The translations under genes were made by a program, and so were the position numbers. A DNA stretch of 51,418 nucleotides, counting the filler, from Catajapyx aquilonaris (Eukaryota), in assembly GCA_000934665.2 (NCBI GenBank). It is 2 parts of 2 records of this genome, joined end to end, with 100 filler letters (N's around TTAATTAATTAA, not from the genome) between each part and the next. Parts side by side here need not be neighbours in the genome. Positions count along the whole stretch, not along the records: positions 25,775 to 51,418 come from KZ539331.1; 1 more part is not named here. One strand, 5' to 3'. This document shows positions 49,482 to 51,418 of the stretch, piece after piece. Within the stretch, counting starts at the first letter, position 1. Every line of letters starts with the position of its first letter. Under the pieces are notes generated by a model. That model made no database searches. It saw only the letters and a list, made by a program, of their open reading frames with translations, and had not been told where the DNA came from.

Positions 49482-49878
49482 GTAACATTATTTCTCTTCT
49501 TCACAGGTTCACTGGCCAATACATCCTTATCGGCAAACACATTTTTACTAGTATGGTTCCTTTTATTGAGCTGTTGGGTAATTCCATGGTACATAGACCA
49601 ATTTTTTATTTTTTTATTTACACCCACTCTCTTCAGGTTTTGATACAATCTGGCATGTGGCATTGCCACTTATATGGGCTGTGAATTTTTTCAGCCCCTT
49701 CAGGTTCATAAGTCAAAGTCAATAGCACTTTGAATTTGTCACAGCATCATAAAAATAGTGTTCATTCATTCATTACACTCACGGCCGTAAAAAACAGAAT
49801 CGAACATTGGCCAAGGTCGGAATTTGTTGTTTATCAGTGGTGCCAATAACTCCATGGACGTTTATGAACAAAGTATAA

Positions 49879-50597
49879 AGGCCAAAACACAAAAAGATTT
49901 TGCGGCAGCGTCAAGCGGCAAACGCCTGCCCCGCCAATTATTATTAATTATTGGCAATAATATGCCCCGCGACAAATATGCTGCAACGCGCGCCGTTTGC
50001 CGCGCGATTTTTTTTTGTGAAATGGCCTTAATAATTTCGGTTTTTTAATCAAGGTCCTTACTGCTGCCGTCAGATATGAGAAGACCGACAAAAACGCCTA
50101 GTGTGAACCCAGCCTAAGGCTGGGTTCACACTAGGCGTTTTTGTCGCCTGCGACTTTGTTGCCGCGTTTTCGTCGCTGACGCCTCACGAGGTTCACACTA
50201 GGCGTTTTTGTCGCGCGTTTTGCTTCCCCTACTGATGCAACCCGAGCAGCGTTGCCAACCTGACCCTTAGCAACTACCGTTCCACAATAGTCAAAATTAA
50301 ACACTTTTCACGCGACTTTGTCGCCAGGTGTGTCTGCCCCAACTGATTACCATGTGTTCAGTTTTCAGCGACTTTGTCGCGGCGCTTTGTCGCGCGACAA
50401 AAACGCCTAGTGTGAACCCAGCCTAAAGGCCATTTCACAAAAAAATGTCGCGCGGCAAACGGCGCGACTTGCGGCAAATTTTTTATTTATATTTATTGTT
50501 GCCAATTATGTCATATTGTTGGCAACAATAAATATAAATAAAAAATTTGCCGCAAGTCGCGCCGTTTGCCGCGCGACATTTTTTTGTGAAATGGCCT
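49879..50597. mobile_element. Cluster of PIF/Harbinger MITEs: Y' 49879-50028, truncated X' to 50114, X 50118-50423, Y 50427-50597
   Basis: X: TAA|GGCTGGGTTCACACTAGGCG...CGCCTAGTGTGAACCCAGCC|TAA; Y: TAA|AGGCCATTTCACAAAA...TTTTGTGAAATGGCCT|TAA (near-perfect 171-bp palindrome). Confidence 0.88.
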
Positions 50598-50600
50598 TAA

Positions 50601-50761
50601 ATGTCCACTTCCCCTTGCGGCGAGAAAAAAAGCAGTGGTACCAAAAGCACCCAACAGGTGGAGTTGGGATGCCGTTCCTTTTTCCCCCTTCCCCCAACGC
50701 CACTTCTTGGATGCTTTCGGTAACACTTACTTTCTTTTCGTGCCGCAAGGGAAGTGGATAT
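50601..50761. mobile_element. Small palindromic MITE-like element
   Basis: ATGTCCACTTCCCCTTGCGGC ... GCCGCAAGGGAAGTGGATAT. Confidence 0.6.
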
Positions 50762-51130
50762 TGAGTTACAGTCCTCTCACACCTGACGGCAGTACTGGCA
50801 TCCCCAGTGGGAAGAGTTGGTAAGCAGGATTAGCCACCATATTCAACACTGAACCTGGGGATAGGCCGAGAACATCAAAAGAAAGTGGCGGGAAAAATGA
50901 AACCAGTTTTTGATCATCTAATATTACTTTTTTTAATTGGAATTTTATTTAAATAATTTATTAAAATAATCGCGGCCACCCTCGACCTCCACGGAGAAGG
51001 CTTCGCGACCCTCAGGTTGGGAACAACTGATCTAATACGTACACTGCCAAGTTCCATTGGCTGTTTATAATAAAGGGAAGTTATGACCAGTTAGAAAAAC
51101 GTGATCCGAAAGGGTGCATATAATTATTTA

Positions 51131-51418
51131 GACTCGCTTTGCGAGGTGGGGGGGCTCCGCCCCCCCACACCCCTTTTGGGGCTGCGCCCCAATTGGCGCG
51201 CCTTCGGCGCTATGCCCGTGTTCCGCCTAATCCATCCGGTTACAGAAATCAGTGACGTCACCGGTAGCGATGAGGAGTTTCCGAACGTGCCCTCTGTGAC
51301 GTATCGTTCAAAGCAGCGCCCGGGATGACAGGTGGGACCGTCTGTGACGTATCATTCTCACGCCAGGTTTGAGTAGTGTAAGCAAATCCCAGGGGGTGTA
51401 TGGGAGGGGGTGGGCCAT
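51131..51418 (+). repeat. GC-hairpin dispersed repeat (same family as 1-122), possibly Helitron/Helentron-related, truncated by window end
   Basis: Stacked hairpins CTCGCTTTGCGAG, GGGGGGCTCCGCCCCCC, GGGGCTGCGCCCC, GCGCCTTCGGCGC, then repeated GTGACGT motifs. Confidence 0.7.

Overview
Eukaryotic (arthropod, probably insect) genomic DNA with short GT-AG introns and very TE-rich long introns. Five conserved genes can be rebuilt exon by exon. maf-S (-) is head-to-head with Hrs (+, 3' end missing). The constant BTB region of lola (-, no zinc-finger 3' exon visible) is head-to-head with a complete 580-aa pipsqueak (+). The first three coding exons of proteasome alpha-type-7 (+) follow. A synthetic 100-nt spacer (44N-TTAATTAATTAA-44N, 25675-25774) splits the window, so adjacency across it is unproven. 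Introns carry non-autonomous DNA elements (hAT, piggyBac, Sola2/3, Merlin, Harbinger, Tc1/mariner/pogo and Kolobok-like, several long foldbacks), a solo LTR, mariner relics and five tRNA-headed SINE families that appear to swap head and tail modules. Best leads: lola constant exons without cis variable exons (possible trans-splicing), the modular SINEs, a two-copy TIR-less CAC..GTG element with an 8-bp TSD, and a mariner foldback built from two 5' ends. Family assignments come from recalled motifs and terminal/TSD rules, not from database searches.
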